Shown one piece after another: positions 1 to 10,261 of a DNA stretch of 39,913 nucleotides. The stretch comes from Pseudomonadota bacterium (GTDB taxonomy: Bacteria; Bdellovibrionota; FAC87; UBA2466): assembly GCA_043718025.1 (NCBI GenBank), contig JAYSWN010000044.1, positions 1 through 39,913 of the forward strand, in the 5' to 3' direction. Every line of letters starts with the position of its first letter. Position 1 is the first letter of the stretch. Both the position numbers and the translations under genes were made by a program. The notes below the pieces were generated by a model. It worked only from the letters and a program-made list of their open reading frames with translations. It did no database searches and was not told the origin of the DNA.

Positions 1-2
1 TA

Positions 3-722
3 CCGGCCATCGAAGGACTTGAGAAAGAGGTGGGCCAAACGCGCAGCAAATATCTCGAAAAGCTCGACGCCTGTAGCCCAGTTTGCGCCATTCGCCGAGT
101 GAAGCAGAAGAGAATTATTTCGCCGGCCAAAACCGAAATCTGGTACGAATCCGAAGGTAGCTGTTTGATCAGCGAAGAAAAGTTTGGCAAAGCGGCCTAC
201 GATCGCATCGTAAAATACCTTTCGCGCATTGATAATTATCCGGCCTACAACCCCAATGGACTGCGTAATATTTTAGAGTTTATGCCGGTGGATCCGGAGA
301 ATGGAGATCTACGTCCCGATTGGAAAACCGTTGATAAACCATTTCCAGTTTTCATTTCCGTTCTCGGACCCAAAGTCTTGGGCGAGATCATCAGCACCAA
401 CTATTTTCTGAAAAATGAATTAAAGTCCGAAAAGGAGCCTTGGCACTTAGAATTTACTACGGTTCCCAAGGTTAAGGGTTTCCAAGCCCCAAAAGTCTTT
501 TTGCATTCCGCGGTACCCGGAAAGAAAACTGAAACCCGTCCTTTTTCATTAAATAGCGTTTATGGTCATTGGTGCGTTCGTAAGGGTAGCTTTACTTACT
601 TTACGGCCGCGGACTTCGGCGCCGCCGGCGCCATCTCTAGTTTCACCACCGTCTTGGCAAAATATGTTCTTTTAGAAACGTTGATCCATATCTACGAAGT
701 GGGAACCGAGGAAAAACCGTGA
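3..722 (+). CDS. Hypothetical protein, probably N-terminally truncated by the window edge; possibly START/SRPBCC-like fold
   Basis: The frame of ORF 30..722 is open back to position 3 (PAIEGLEKEVGQTR...). Its stop overlaps the purB start (GTGA). The C-terminus (GHWCV...TYFTAADFG..GAI..final helix) loosely resembles START domains. Confidence 0.6.
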   Translation, partial: PAIEGLEKEVGQTRSKYLEKLDACSPVCAIRRVKQKRIISPAKTEIWYESEGSCLISEEKFGKAAYDRIVKYLSRIDNYPAYNPNGLRNILEFMPVDPENGDLRPDWKTVDKPFPVFISVLGPKVLGEIISTNYFLKNELKSEKEPWHLEFTTVPKVKGFQAPKVFLHSAVPGKKTETRPFSLNSVYGHWCVRKGSFTYFTAADFGAAGAISSFTTVLAKYVLLETLIHIYEVGTEEKP

Positions 723-2017
723 TCGATCGCTATAGCCGGCCCAAGATGGCAAATCTGTGGTCGCTCGAAGCGCAGTTTCGCACGTGGATGGACGTCGAAG
801 TGCTGGCCTGCGAAGCTTGGGCAAAGCTTGGAAAAATTCCGAAGGCCGATTGGGAAAACATTCGCACCAAAGCTAACTTCAACACCGAAGAGGTTCTCGA
901 ACTTGAAAAAGAGACCCGCCACGACATGGCGGCGTTTATCTCGAACATGCAGAAGTACATTGGCGAGTCAGGAAGATTTGTTCATTTGGGTATGACCAGC
1001 AGTGACGTGGTAGACACCTCGTTCGCTTACCGCCTTACCAAATCTTGCGACCTTATTCTTGAAGAGTTGAAGCCGCTGCTCAAGCTCACCGCAGAAAAAG
1101 CAAAACTGTATCGAGACGTGCCGATGATTGGCCGTACGCACGGCATTCACGCCGAGCCCATCACTTTTGGCATGAAGTGGCTTTACTGGCACGACATGCT
1201 CAAGCGATCAGAGGCACGTTTAACGGTGGCTCGCGAAGAGATTGCGGTGGGAAAGATTTCGGGCGCGGTCGGACACTACGCCCATCTACCTCCCCAAATC
1301 GAACAGCACATCTGCGAAAAACTTGGCCTCAAGGTCGATACGCTAAGTACCCAAGTGATTTCACGGGATCGGTTCGCCACTTACTTCTGCGCTTTAGGGT
1401 TGCTGGGATCGGTCATCGAAACGATCGTTACGGAGCTCCGCCACTTACAACGTACCGAAGTGGGCGAAGTGCGCGAAGGGTTTCGCAAAGGACAAAAGGG
1501 CTCTTCGGCGATGCCGCATAAACGCAATCCGATTACCGCCGAAAACCTAACCGGTCTGGCGCGAATGCTACGAAGTTACGTAGTGCCCGCGCTCGAGAAC
1601 TGCGCTTTGTGGCACGAACGCGACATCAGCCACTCCTCAGTAGAACGGGTGATCGCCCCCGACGCCAATATCTTGGCCGACTACATGCTGGGCCGCCTAT
1701 TTGATTTGTTATCTGGTCTCGAAGTCTTTCCCGAAAAGATGAAAGAAAATTTGGAGTCGCTGCACGGAGTAGTGTACTCGCAACAACTTTTGCTAAAGCT
1801 TATCGATAAGGGCATGAGCCGCGATGATGCCTACAAAATTGTTCAGTCTTCGGCGCTGGCCGCCATCGATAAGAAAATAGCCCTCGCCCAAGTACTGGCC
1901 GCTGAACCCTTGGTTACCCAGAAGCTCTCCGGCGCCGAACTAACCGCCATTTTTGACCCACGCCAGTTTTACGGTCATCTTGATTACCTATATGAAAAGG
2001 TCCTAAATCCATCATGA
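719..2017 (+). CDS. purB: Adenylosuccinate lyase
   Basis: MIDRYSRP start, HLGMTSSD, GRTHGIHAEP, fumarate-lyase signature GSSAMPHKRNP, WHERDISHSSVER; first of a pur operon. Confidence 0.98.
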   Translation: MIDRYSRPKMANLWSLEAQFRTWMDVEVLACEAWAKLGKIPKADWENIRTKANFNTEEVLELEKETRHDMAAFISNMQKYIGESGRFVHLGMTSSDVVDTSFAYRLTKSCDLILEELKPLLKLTAEKAKLYRDVPMIGRTHGIHAEPITFGMKWLYWHDMLKRSEARLTVAREEIAVGKISGAVGHYAHLPPQIEQHICEKLGLKVDTLSTQVISRDRFATYFCALGLLGSVIETIVTELRHLQRTEVGEVREGFRKGQKGSSAMPHKRNPITAENLTGLARMLRSYVVPALENCALWHERDISHSSVERVIAPDANILADYMLGRLFDLLSGLEVFPEKMKENLESLHGVVYSQQLLLKLIDKGMSRDDAYKIVQSSALAAIDKKIALAQVLAAEPLVTQKLSGAELTAIFDPRQFYGHLDYLYEKVLNPS

Positions 2018-2751
2018 AAGTAGAAAAAACAAAAATTCTAAGAGAAGGCAAAGCGAAGATTCTTTACGAAACAACGCAGCCCCACGATTTTTTAATCCAG
2101 TACTTCAAAGATGACGCCACTGCGTTCAACGCTATGAAGAAAGGGACGATCAAGGACAAGGGGATTTTGAATAACGCCATCTCCACTTGGTTGTTTCAGT
2201 ACGTTAGTCGCCACGGCGTTCCGACTCACTATGCCGATAAATTGTCTGACCGCGAAATGCTCGTGCGCAAGGCAGAAATTGTTCCGGTTGAGATTGTGGT
2301 TCGTAACAAAGCGGCCGGAAGTATTGTAAAGCGGCTGGGCCTCGAAAAAGGGCGCCACTTTCATCCGCCACTGGTCGAATTCTTTTTGAAATCGGACCCG
2401 TTGGGAGATCCGCTTATTGGCGAAGGGCACATTTTCTATTTTAAATGGGCCACCGAGAGCGAACTCAAAACCATGCAGCGCTTGGCTCTGGAAGTGAATC
2501 AGCTCTTGTTCCGCGTCTTTTCTGAAATCGGCCTTGAGCTCATTGATTTTAAGTTAGAGTTTGGCCGCGATGTGCGCCATGGCAACATCATTTTGGCCGA
2601 CGAGATCACTCCCGACGGCTCGCGCCTGTGGGATATTAAAACTGGCGAACCGATGGATAAAGATCGTTTCCGCCAAGACTTAGGTGGCATCGAAGAGGCC
2701 TATCAAGAGGTCTATAAGCGTTTGGCCAAGTACTTTGAGGAGAACCCGTGA
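2014..2751 (+). CDS. purC: SAICAR synthetase
   Basis: EGKAK, FKDDATAFN, VEIVVRN.AAGS, IDFKLEFG, LADEITPDGSRLWD, DKDRFRQDLG. Confidence 0.98.
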   Translation: MKVEKTKILREGKAKILYETTQPHDFLIQYFKDDATAFNAMKKGTIKDKGILNNAISTWLFQYVSRHGVPTHYADKLSDREMLVRKAEIVPVEIVVRNKAAGSIVKRLGLEKGRHFHPPLVEFFLKSDPLGDPLIGEGHIFYFKWATESELKTMQRLALEVNQLLFRVFSEIGLELIDFKLEFGRDVRHGNIILADEITPDGSRLWDIKTGEPMDKDRFRQDLGGIEEAYQEVYKRLAKYFEENP

Positions 2752-2999
2752 AAGCCCGAGTCACCATTTTTTACAAAGATACCGTTTTCGATCCGCAGGG
2801 AAACACCGTGGCCGAAAGCCTGCGCCGGCTAGGTTTCAAAACCGTGATCAACGCCAGAGTTGGAAAAGTGGTGGATATCGAGCTGGAAGCCAAAAATGCT
2901 AACGATGCAAAAGCGTCGGTAGATAAGATGTGTGAAAAACTTCTGGCCAACCCGGTCATTGAATCATTTAAGACCGAAATCATTGGGGTCACGGCGTGA
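2748..2999 (+). CDS. purS: FGAM synthase subunit PurS
   Basis: 83 aa with DPQG, RVGK and MCEKLLANPVIE. Confidence 0.97.
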   Translation: MKARVTIFYKDTVFDPQGNTVAESLRRLGFKTVINARVGKVVDIELEAKNANDAKASVDKMCEKLLANPVIESFKTEIIGVTA

Positions 3000-3691
3000 A
3001 GGCCGCGGTCATCACCTTTCCCGGCAGCAACTGTGACGACGACGTCATCTATACCCTTCGCGACTTTGCTAAATTTCAGGTCACTAACTTATGGCATACC
3101 GACCAGCCGCCACTTGGTGAATACCAACTGGTAGTAGTACCGGGCGGTTTTTCTTACGGCGATTACCTGCGATCGGGCGCCGTGGCTTCACTCTCGCCGA
3201 TCATGGCGAAGGTAAAAGAGTACGCCGCCGCGGGCGGTCACCTGCTGGGAATTTGTAACGGCTTTCAGATTTTATGTGAAACCGGATTGCTGCCCGGAGC
3301 CCTGGCCAAGAACGAAAGTTCCCAGTTTCAGTGCAAAGATAATTTTTTAAAGGTGGAGAACAATCAGAGCCCTTGGACTTCGGCGATGAAAACCGGAGAG
3401 GTGATTGAGCTTCCTATTGCGCACGGCGATGGCCGTTACGTTTCTGGGCTATCGGCAAAAAGCCTGGCCGAAGTCGATGGAGTCTTACTAACCTATTGCG
3501 ACGCCGCGGGAAAAGCATCAGCCGGCTCTAATCCAAATGGCAGCGAACTGGCGATTGCCGGAATTAGCAACAAAGCGCGCAATATTTTTGGATTAATGCC
3601 ACATCCGGAGCGCGCCACCGATCTGCGTAGTCAGCATGGGAAAAAAATCTGGCAGTCGCTGCTAACTAGCCTGAACGGAAAAGCGTCATGA
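2996..3691 (+). CDS. purQ: FGAM synthase glutaminase subunit PurQ
   Basis: [46 protein letters not shown]. Confidence 0.98.
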   Translation: MKAAVITFPGSNCDDDVIYTLRDFAKFQVTNLWHTDQPPLGEYQLVVVPGGFSYGDYLRSGAVASLSPIMAKVKEYAAAGGHLLGICNGFQILCETGLLPGALAKNESSQFQCKDNFLKVENNQSPWTSAMKTGEVIELPIAHGDGRYVSGLSAKSLAEVDGVLLTYCDAAGKASAGSNPNGSELAIAGISNKARNIFGLMPHPERATDLRSQHGKKIWQSLLTSLNGKAS

Positions 3692-5925
3692 AAATTCCTG
3701 ATACCAAACCGTCGACCCCGGAAATGGCCGACGCCCTAGGCGTTACCACCGCTGAGTACCAGCACGTTTGCAATAAGCTAGAGCGGCCCCCGACGTTTGC
3801 CGAACTTGGTATTTTTTCTGCAATGTTCAGCGAACACTGCAGCTATAAGTCATCTAAACCTTTGCTCCGCCGTTTTCCGACCACCGGTAAACGGGTTCTT
3901 CAGGGCCCCGGCGAGAACGCCGGAGTGTTAGATATTGGTCATGGCTGGGCGGTAGCGTTTAAAATGGAAAGCCACAATCACCCTTCTTACATTGAGCCCT
4001 ATCAGGGCGCCGCCACCGGCGTGGGCGGAATCATGCGCGACGTCTTCACGATGGGGGCGCGCCCCATCGCCAATATGAATTCACTTTGCTTTGGCACTCC
4101 CGATTTAGAAAAGACCCGTTCGGTGGTCCGCGGGGTGGTGAAAGGCATCGGCGATTACGGAAACTGCGTGGGCGTTCCCACCGTGGCCGGCCAAACTTTT
4201 TTTCATTCGTCCTACAACTTCAATCCGTTGGTCAATGCGTTCACCGTGGGGCTGATAAAAAGCGACGAAATTTTTCGTGGCTATGCTTCGGGAATTGGCA
4301 ACTTGGTGGTCTACGTGGGTTCCAAAACCGGACGCGATGGCGTGCACGGCGCTTCAATGGCCTCAAAAGAGTTTTCTACCGAGGCAGAGCCCGATCGCCC
4401 AACTGTCCAAGTAGGGGATCCGTTCACCGAAAAACTTTTGCTCGAAGCCACCCTTGAGGCAATGCGGCTCAAATTGATCGTGGGCATTCAAGACATGGGC
4501 GCCGCGGGTTTAACCTCATCCTCATTCGAAATGGCGGAGCGGGCCGAGACCGGTCTGGAGTTAAATCTCGATAAAGTGCCCACGCGCGAAACGGGAATGA
4601 CTGCTTTTGAGTTGTTACTGTCGGAATCGCAAGAGCGCATGTTGCTCGTCTGCGAGCCAAACAAACTGGCTCCGCTCACCAAAGTATTCGAGAAGTGGGA
4701 GCTACATTCGGAAGTGATCGGAACCGTAGTCGAGGGCCACCGCGTAAAGATTGAGAAAAACGGCGAAGTGGTGGTCGATCTGCCCGTGGAGTTAGTTACG
4801 GTGCCGCCGATGGCGCCTCGCCCGAAGGTGGCCCCTTCCGATTTAAAGCAACGATGGTTCTTAGATCGCAATCGTCTGTTTACCACCTCCCTAAACGACA
4901 AACTCGATTTGGTATTTAGCGATCTAAATTTTGCCGACGCCCGCCCCATCGTTCAGCAGTATGACTCAATGGTGGGTAATCGCACCGAGGGTGGCACCTT
5001 CGATGATGCCGCACTGATGCGGCTGCGCGATATTCCCAACACCAACCTTAAGTTGGCGCTCACCGTGGACTGCAACCCACGCGTGGCGTGGCTATCACCG
5101 CGGGAAGGCGGTCGACGAGCCGTTGCCGAGGCGGCGGTGAATATTGCCATCATGGGGGCCGAGCCCATCGGTATTACTGATTGCTTAAACTTCGGTAGCC
5201 CGCAAAACCCCGAAGTGATGTGGCAATTTGAAGAGGCGATCGAGGGCATTGCGGAGTGCTGCGAAGCCCTAAAAATTCCGGTGATTTCTGGAAACGTCAG
5301 CTTCTATAACGAGACCGACGGAAAGCCCATCTACCCAACGCCGATGATCGGCATGGCGGGTTTAGTGTCCGACACCTCCCGCGTTCCCAAAACTCATTTT
5401 ACCAGCGGCGACTGCCAAATTGTCTTAGTCGGACCAGTGATGGGTGGCTTAGGTGGCAGTGTAATGACCAGCCTCTATTTTAAGCGCGAGTGCGGGCAGC
5501 CAGAAGATACCGACCTGGCCACACTGGGGCGCATGCTTAAGTTCTGTGAGCGCCTAAGAAAAACCCGTCTTCCCTACGCGATTCACGATGTTTCCGATGG
5601 TGGCTTAGTAACGGCGCTGGTTGAAATGGCGTTACGTTCGCCGATTAAAGAGATTGGGTTGAATTTAAACATTCCTCAATCGATCGATAGCGACCAGTTT
5701 TTGTTCGGCGAGAGCGTTCCGCGGGTAGTCGTAGCGATCGAAAACGGTCACCGTGGCGAACTCGAAATGCTGGCCAGTCAGGCGGGCATGCCCTTCACTC
5801 TGCTTGGTGAAACTAACACCGCGGCAGCGCTCAAGATTTTGCAGGGCGGCTTAGAAGTCGCTAGTCGCCCGCTACCGGCCATCCGTAAAGAATGGGAAAA
5901 CCGGTGGAAGCCTTGTTTCGAATAA
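3688..5925 (+). CDS. purL: FGAM synthase subunit PurL (small type)
   Basis: [81 protein letters not shown]. Confidence 0.98.
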   Translation: MKIPDTKPSTPEMADALGVTTAEYQHVCNKLERPPTFAELGIFSAMFSEHCSYKSSKPLLRRFPTTGKRVLQGPGENAGVLDIGHGWAVAFKMESHNHPSYIEPYQGAATGVGGIMRDVFTMGARPIANMNSLCFGTPDLEKTRSVVRGVVKGIGDYGNCVGVPTVAGQTFFHSSYNFNPLVNAFTVGLIKSDEIFRGYASGIGNLVVYVGSKTGRDGVHGASMASKEFSTEAEPDRPTVQVGDPFTEKLLLEATLEAMRLKLIVGIQDMGAAGLTSSSFEMAERAETGLELNLDKVPTRETGMTAFELLLSESQERMLLVCEPNKLAPLTKVFEKWELHSEVIGTVVEGHRVKIEKNGEVVVDLPVELVTVPPMAPRPKVAPSDLKQRWFLDRNRLFTTSLNDKLDLVFSDLNFADARPIVQQYDSMVGNRTEGGTFDDAALMRLRDIPNTNLKLALTVDCNPRVAWLSPREGGRRAVAEAAVNIAIMGAEPIGITDCLNFGSPQNPEVMWQFEEAIEGIAECCEALKIPVISGNVSFYNETDGKPIYPTPMIGMAGLVSDTSRVPKTHFTSGDCQIVLVGPVMGGLGGSVMTSLYFKRECGQPEDTDLATLGRMLKFCERLRKTRLPYAIHDVSDGGLVTALVEMALRSPIKEIGLNLNIPQSIDSDQFLFGESVPRVVVAIENGHRGELEMLASQAGMPFTLLGETNTAAALKILQGGLEVASRPLPAIRKEWENRWKPCFE

Positions 5926-5954
5926 GTTTTCTAAAAAAGTCTGGGCGTTAAATT

Positions 5955-7316
5955 ATGTGTGCCATTTTTGGAATCATTGGAACTCCGGAAGCCTCTCACT
6001 TCACCTATCTGGGTTTGCACGCGCTTCAGCACCGGGGACAAGAGGGGGCAGGAATTGTCTCCACCGATGGCGTCACTCCCCACGTACACAAACGCATGGG
6101 CCTGGTGGGAGATATTTTTTCTTCCGAAGTATTGGCCACGATGCCCGGCAGCATGGCCATCGGCCATAATCGTTACTCGACCACCGGTGGAAGTTTTGTC
6201 GAAAACCTGCAACCCATTCAGCTCAAGTGTTCGTTAGGTTGGGTCTCACTCGCCCACAACGGCAATTTGGTGAACTCAAAAACCCTATCCCAAGCCCTGG
6301 AAAAAGAGGGGGCAATCTTTCAAGCAACTAGCGACACCGAATTGATTTTGCATTTGATGGCGCGATCGCAAAAACCCGATTTGGTTGAGGCGTTGGTCAT
6401 CTCCCTTAAGCAGGTCGAAGGCGCCTACTCTCTCTTATTGATGAATTCCGACAAACTGGTGGCCATCCGCGACCCGTTCGGATTCCGCCCCCTGGTGATG
6501 GGAGAGCTAAATGGCGCCACGGTATTTGCCAGCGAAACCACGGCGCTTGATTTGATGGGGGCCAAGTACCTACGTGAAGTATTGCCCGGCGAGATGATCG
6601 TCATCACCCTGAAAAAGCCCAACGAACGTAAGTCTTCGTTTCCTCTGGGCAAGGCCGCAAACTCACGTAAGTGCGTTTTTGAACTCATTTATTTTGCCCG
6701 CCCCGACAGTAAAGTGTTTGATCTTTCGGTGCACCTCACGCGCAAAGCGCTGGGGCATCAATTGGCCATTGAGCAGCCCGCCCATGCCGACATCGTGATT
6801 CCCGTACCTGACTCTGGCGTACCGGCGGCGATTGGCTTTGCGGAAAAGTCGGGAATTCCTTTCGACATGGGGATCATTCGCAGCCATTACATCGGCCGTA
6901 CCTTTATTGAACCCAAACAATCCATCCGCAATTTTGGCGTAAAATTGAAGTTAAACCCGGTATCGGAGTGCGTGGCCGGAAAAAGTGTGGTCGTGGTAGA
7001 CGACAGCCTGGTTCGCGGTACGACTTCAAAAAAGCTGATTCAGCACCTTCGCGAAGCCGGCGCCAAAGAGGTGCACGTTCGCATTTCGGCACCGCCGACC
7101 ACTCACTCTTGTTTTTACGGGATTGATACCCCCACCCGCAAAGAGCTTTTGGCCTCTCATCAGACGGTAGAAGACATTCGTAAATTCATCGGCGCCGATT
7201 CATTGGGATACATCAGCCTAACTGGTTTGATGAAAGTTGCCGCCTCGACCCGAAACGTGGATGGCAGTTTTTGCCACGCCTGTTTCTCCGGCGAATACCC
7301 CACGGCGATAAACTAA
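5955..7316 (+). CDS. purF: Amidophosphoribosyltransferase
   Basis: N-terminal MCAIFG (Ntn Cys), LQHRGQEGAG, GHNRYST, YFARPDS, PVPDSG, VDDSLVRGTT, C-terminal FCHACFSG.YP. Confidence 0.98.
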   Translation: MCAIFGIIGTPEASHFTYLGLHALQHRGQEGAGIVSTDGVTPHVHKRMGLVGDIFSSEVLATMPGSMAIGHNRYSTTGGSFVENLQPIQLKCSLGWVSLAHNGNLVNSKTLSQALEKEGAIFQATSDTELILHLMARSQKPDLVEALVISLKQVEGAYSLLLMNSDKLVAIRDPFGFRPLVMGELNGATVFASETTALDLMGAKYLREVLPGEMIVITLKKPNERKSSFPLGKAANSRKCVFELIYFARPDSKVFDLSVHLTRKALGHQLAIEQPAHADIVIPVPDSGVPAAIGFAEKSGIPFDMGIIRSHYIGRTFIEPKQSIRNFGVKLKLNPVSECVAGKSVVVVDDSLVRGTTSKKLIQHLREAGAKEVHVRISAPPTTHSCFYGIDTPTRKELLASHQTVEDIRKFIGADSLGYISLTGLMKVAASTRNVDGSFCHACFSGEYPTAIN

Positions 7317-7321
7317 AAGCT

Positions 7322-7346
7322 TTCTCCCCGCAATGACCGGGGAGAA
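7322..7346. terminator. Hairpin between convergent purF and rne/rng, likely a bidirectional intrinsic terminator
   Basis: TTCTCCCCG-caatgac-CGGGGAGAA, followed by TATTTT on + and with AAAAG upstream (T-run on -). Confidence 0.75.
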
Positions 7347-7350
7347 TATT

Positions 7351-10086
7351 TTACTGCTTCCCGAATACTTCGTACTGCTCAACGTGGAATTTATTATCGG
7401 GGCGAATGCTCACTGACTTCTTGAAACGCTCCTCGATCATCTCCACGTGCGGCCGCTCTTCTTTCATCATCCGAGTGGCGACTTCAGGATTGGCAAACAC
7501 TACGATGTTTGGATTAGGCTCGAGGGCCTCTTTCTCAATCTCGCGAAAGATTTCGAAACAAACGGTACGTTTGCTCTTGTGGTAGCCACGCCCTTCGCAG
7601 TAACCGCAGCCTTCGGTAAGGTAACGAACCAAGTCTTCGTGAGTTCTCTTTCGGGTCATCTCAACCAGGCCAAGCTCTGAAATCTTCAAGATGTTGGTCT
7701 TGGCCTTATCTTCCCCGAGCGCATCTTGAAGGGCGTTGTAAACCTTTTCGCGGTTTTCCATCGACTCCATATCGATCAAGTCGATAATGATAATACCGCC
7801 AACATTGCGAATACGAAGTTGGTACGCCACCTCTTTAACGGCTTCAAGGTTGGTGCGAAGAATCGTCTCTTCGAGACTCTTGCTCCCCACGTACCGACCG
7901 GTGTTTACGTCGATGGCGGTAAGGGCTTCGGACTGATCCACCAGCAAATAACCACCGGATTTCAGCCACACTTTTTTACCCAACGCGCGAGAGATTTCGG
8001 CTTCGATACCGTACTGCTCAAATAACTGCGAAGGCCCCTTAAACAGCTTCACGCGGCTTTTGTGCCGCGGCATGAACTGTTCAATAAAGGCGATTACATT
8101 TTCGTACTCTTCTTCGTTATCGATGATGAATGAATCAACATCGTCGGTGAAAAAATCACGCACCGTACGCATCGACAGAGATAAGTCTTCGTGGATAAGC
8201 GCCGGGGCGCGTTTTTTGCCCGACTCACGCTTAATTTTCATCCACATGCTCTGCAAATAATCGGCGTCGGCACTCAGCTCTTTCAAGCTTTTGCCCTCCG
8301 CGACGGTACGAATAATGAAGCCCACTTCCTTGGCGCGAATGCGCTTCATAAAAATATCGCGCAGCCGACGCCGTTCGCGATCGGACTGAATGCGGCGTGA
8401 AATGCCCAAATGTTTGGTGGTCGGCATCAACACCAGGTTGCGCCCCGGTAAGCTGATGTGAGTGGTCAAGCGAGCGCCTTTGGTTCCGATTGGGGCCTTA
8501 GCCACCTGAACCAAAATCTCTTGTCCTTCTTTCAATAAATCTTGAATGTTTACACTGCCCCGAGGGCGGCGATTACGAAAATTACGGCGCGGCGGACGAC
8601 GTCCGCCGGCACTGGCCCCGCCACGACGCGGGCCGCTGCGGCTGCTACCGCTGCGCTCACGACCTCGGCCAGCACTTCGTTCGCGGCCACCTCGGCCACG
8701 ACGAGGTTCGCCGCCGCCTTCGCTGCTGCGAGCGCTGCGCTCTTCAGTACGCGGGCGATCACTATCACGCTGCTCACGATCATCGCGCGACGGTTCAGAG
8801 GCGCGATCGGAATCGCGGGTTTCACTGTGATGGCGGTCACGGTCTGCATCTCTAGCAACTTCGCGTGGCTGATCGCGGTCTCTACCACGGTCGCGGTTTT
8901 CGTCACGGTCGCGTTCGTCGCGCGAGTCCCTCGGCTGATTTCTTGAGGAACCTCGTTCTTGATCTCTCGGTCGTTCTTGATCTCTCGGCCGTTCTTGATC
9001 TCTCGGCCGTTCCTGATCCCGTGGTTTATCCCGATCGTCCGTAGCTTGGCGTACTCGGGGTTCTCGACCGCCTTCTTCACGATCCCGATCTCCGCCGCCA
9101 CCACGTGGCGCTCTAATGCTTTGATTTTTTCCACCCCGCCCCCCGCGACCGCCACGATTTGTATCGTCGCCACCCCTATCGTCGGTCTTTTCAACACGCG
9201 GCGCTCGCCCATCACGCGGGGCTTCTTTGGGTTCACGGCTTCGCGCTTCGCGTGCAGGTGCTCGTTCCCCTTTCGCCAAAGTTTTCTCTTCAGATGCCGG
9301 ACTTTCCGTTTTTTCTGACCGAGAGGCGCGGGACTCTGGTGTCTTTGCCGCCTCCCGCCCTTCAATAATGATTTTGCCTTTCGCAGGCTCGATCGCGTCT
9401 TTGGCCGCTACCGTCGGAGCCGCGCCCTCTTCGTCTTCATCGCCCTCTTCGTAGTCGCCTTCTTCATCAATCTCGTCATCCTCGTCTTCATCACCGTCCC
9501 AATCATCTTCTTCTTCAATGTCGCGCTCGTAGCTGGACTCAAGTTCGGTCCAAACTTCTGAACCCTCCTCACCGGGAACGGGCTGAGCGCTTGCCACCCC
9601 TTTTTCTGCCCCTTCTTTTGCGGGTTCGGCCTTCTTAGTGACCGGCTCTTTTTCTTCTAAGGGACGCGCGGCCTCGCGTTGTTCTGATCGGCCACGTGGA
9701 CGGCGTGAAAAACGTTCGGTGTTTCGCTCGGCCTCTTCCTGCCGTTGAACATCATTACGATCGTCTTTTTCCTCGTCTTCGGCGGCGACGTCGTCGGCCA
9801 AATCTTCAGAGTCAGAATCTTCGTCGTCATCCATTAATTCGATGTCGCGACCAAAAGGCTCGTCAATGATGTCATCGACGTACAAAAATGCGGTTCGCTC
9901 CAGGCCTAGCTCCAAGAACGCGGCCTGCATTCCGGGAAGAACCCTTTTTACGATCCCCTTATAAACGTTTCCGACAACGTTCTTGTCTTCTTCCCGCTCG
10001 ATATGCAGGGCTTTAATTTCACCGTCTTGTAATATCGCGACGCGCGTCTCGTAAGAACTCGCGTTCACCAAAATCTGCTTGCTCAT
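7351..10086 (-). CDS. Ribonuclease E/G family endoribonuclease with a large low-complexity insertion in the S1 domain
   Basis: ETRVAIL, GNVYKG.V.RVLPGMQAAF, then after the insertion LKEGQEILVQVAKAPIGTKGARLT, KKVWLKSGG, EALTAIDVNTG, GGIIIIDLIDM and the Zn-link CGYC. It ends like RNase G, with no C-terminal scaffold. Confidence 0.93.
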   Translation of the reverse strand: MSKQILVNASSYETRVAILQDGEIKALHIEREEDKNVVGNVYKGIVKRVLPGMQAAFLELGLERTAFLYVDDIIDEPFGRDIELMDDDEDSDSEDLADDVAAEDEEKDDRNDVQRQEEAERNTERFSRRPRGRSEQREAARPLEEKEPVTKKAEPAKEGAEKGVASAQPVPGEEGSEVWTELESSYERDIEEEDDWDGDEDEDDEIDEEGDYEEGDEDEEGAAPTVAAKDAIEPAKGKIIIEGREAAKTPESRASRSEKTESPASEEKTLAKGERAPAREARSREPKEAPRDGRAPRVEKTDDRGGDDTNRGGRGGRGGKNQSIRAPRGGGGDRDREEGGREPRVRQATDDRDKPRDQERPRDQERPRDQERPRDQERGSSRNQPRDSRDERDRDENRDRGRDRDQPREVARDADRDRHHSETRDSDRASEPSRDDREQRDSDRPRTEERSARSSEGGGEPRRGRGGRERSAGRGRERSGSSRSGPRRGGASAGGRRPPRRNFRNRRPRGSVNIQDLLKEGQEILVQVAKAPIGTKGARLTTHISLPGRNLVLMPTTKHLGISRRIQSDRERRRLRDIFMKRIRAKEVGFIIRTVAEGKSLKELSADADYLQSMWMKIKRESGKKRAPALIHEDLSLSMRTVRDFFTDDVDSFIIDNEEEYENVIAFIEQFMPRHKSRVKLFKGPSQLFEQYGIEAEISRALGKKVWLKSGGYLLVDQSEALTAIDVNTGRYVGSKSLEETILRTNLEAVKEVAYQLRIRNVGGIIIIDLIDMESMENREKVYNALQDALGEDKAKTNILKISELGLVEMTRKRTHEDLVRYLTEGCGYCEGRGYHKSKRTVCFEIFREIEKEALEPNPNIVVFANPEVATRMMKEERPHVEMIEERFKKSVSIRPDNKFHVEQYEVFGKQ
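8954..9025 (-). repeat. Four tandem 18-bp in-frame repeats (coding PRDQER) inside the RNase E/G insertion
   Basis: + strand units cgttcttgatctctcggt / cgttcttgatctctcggc / cgttcttgatctctcggc / cgttcctgatcccgtggt. Confidence 0.9.
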
Positions 10087-10261
10087 GTAAGCATTTGCTC
10101 CATTTTCAAAATTTCAAAAAATCTTTAAGACTGCCGGTTGCGGCTCGTTTTTCATGGCTTCCGCCAGAAACAAAAAGTCTTATAACTTTATAGGTTTAAC
10201 ACGGGATTCCAACCCCGTCATTGGATACTTAGGCACAAATTTGGCTCGTAAGTGTCTGAAT

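Noticed and set aside
8542..9454. Several alternative-frame ORFs, including a 271-aa one, within rne/rng
   Set aside because: Shadows of low-complexity, stop-poor coding sequence.
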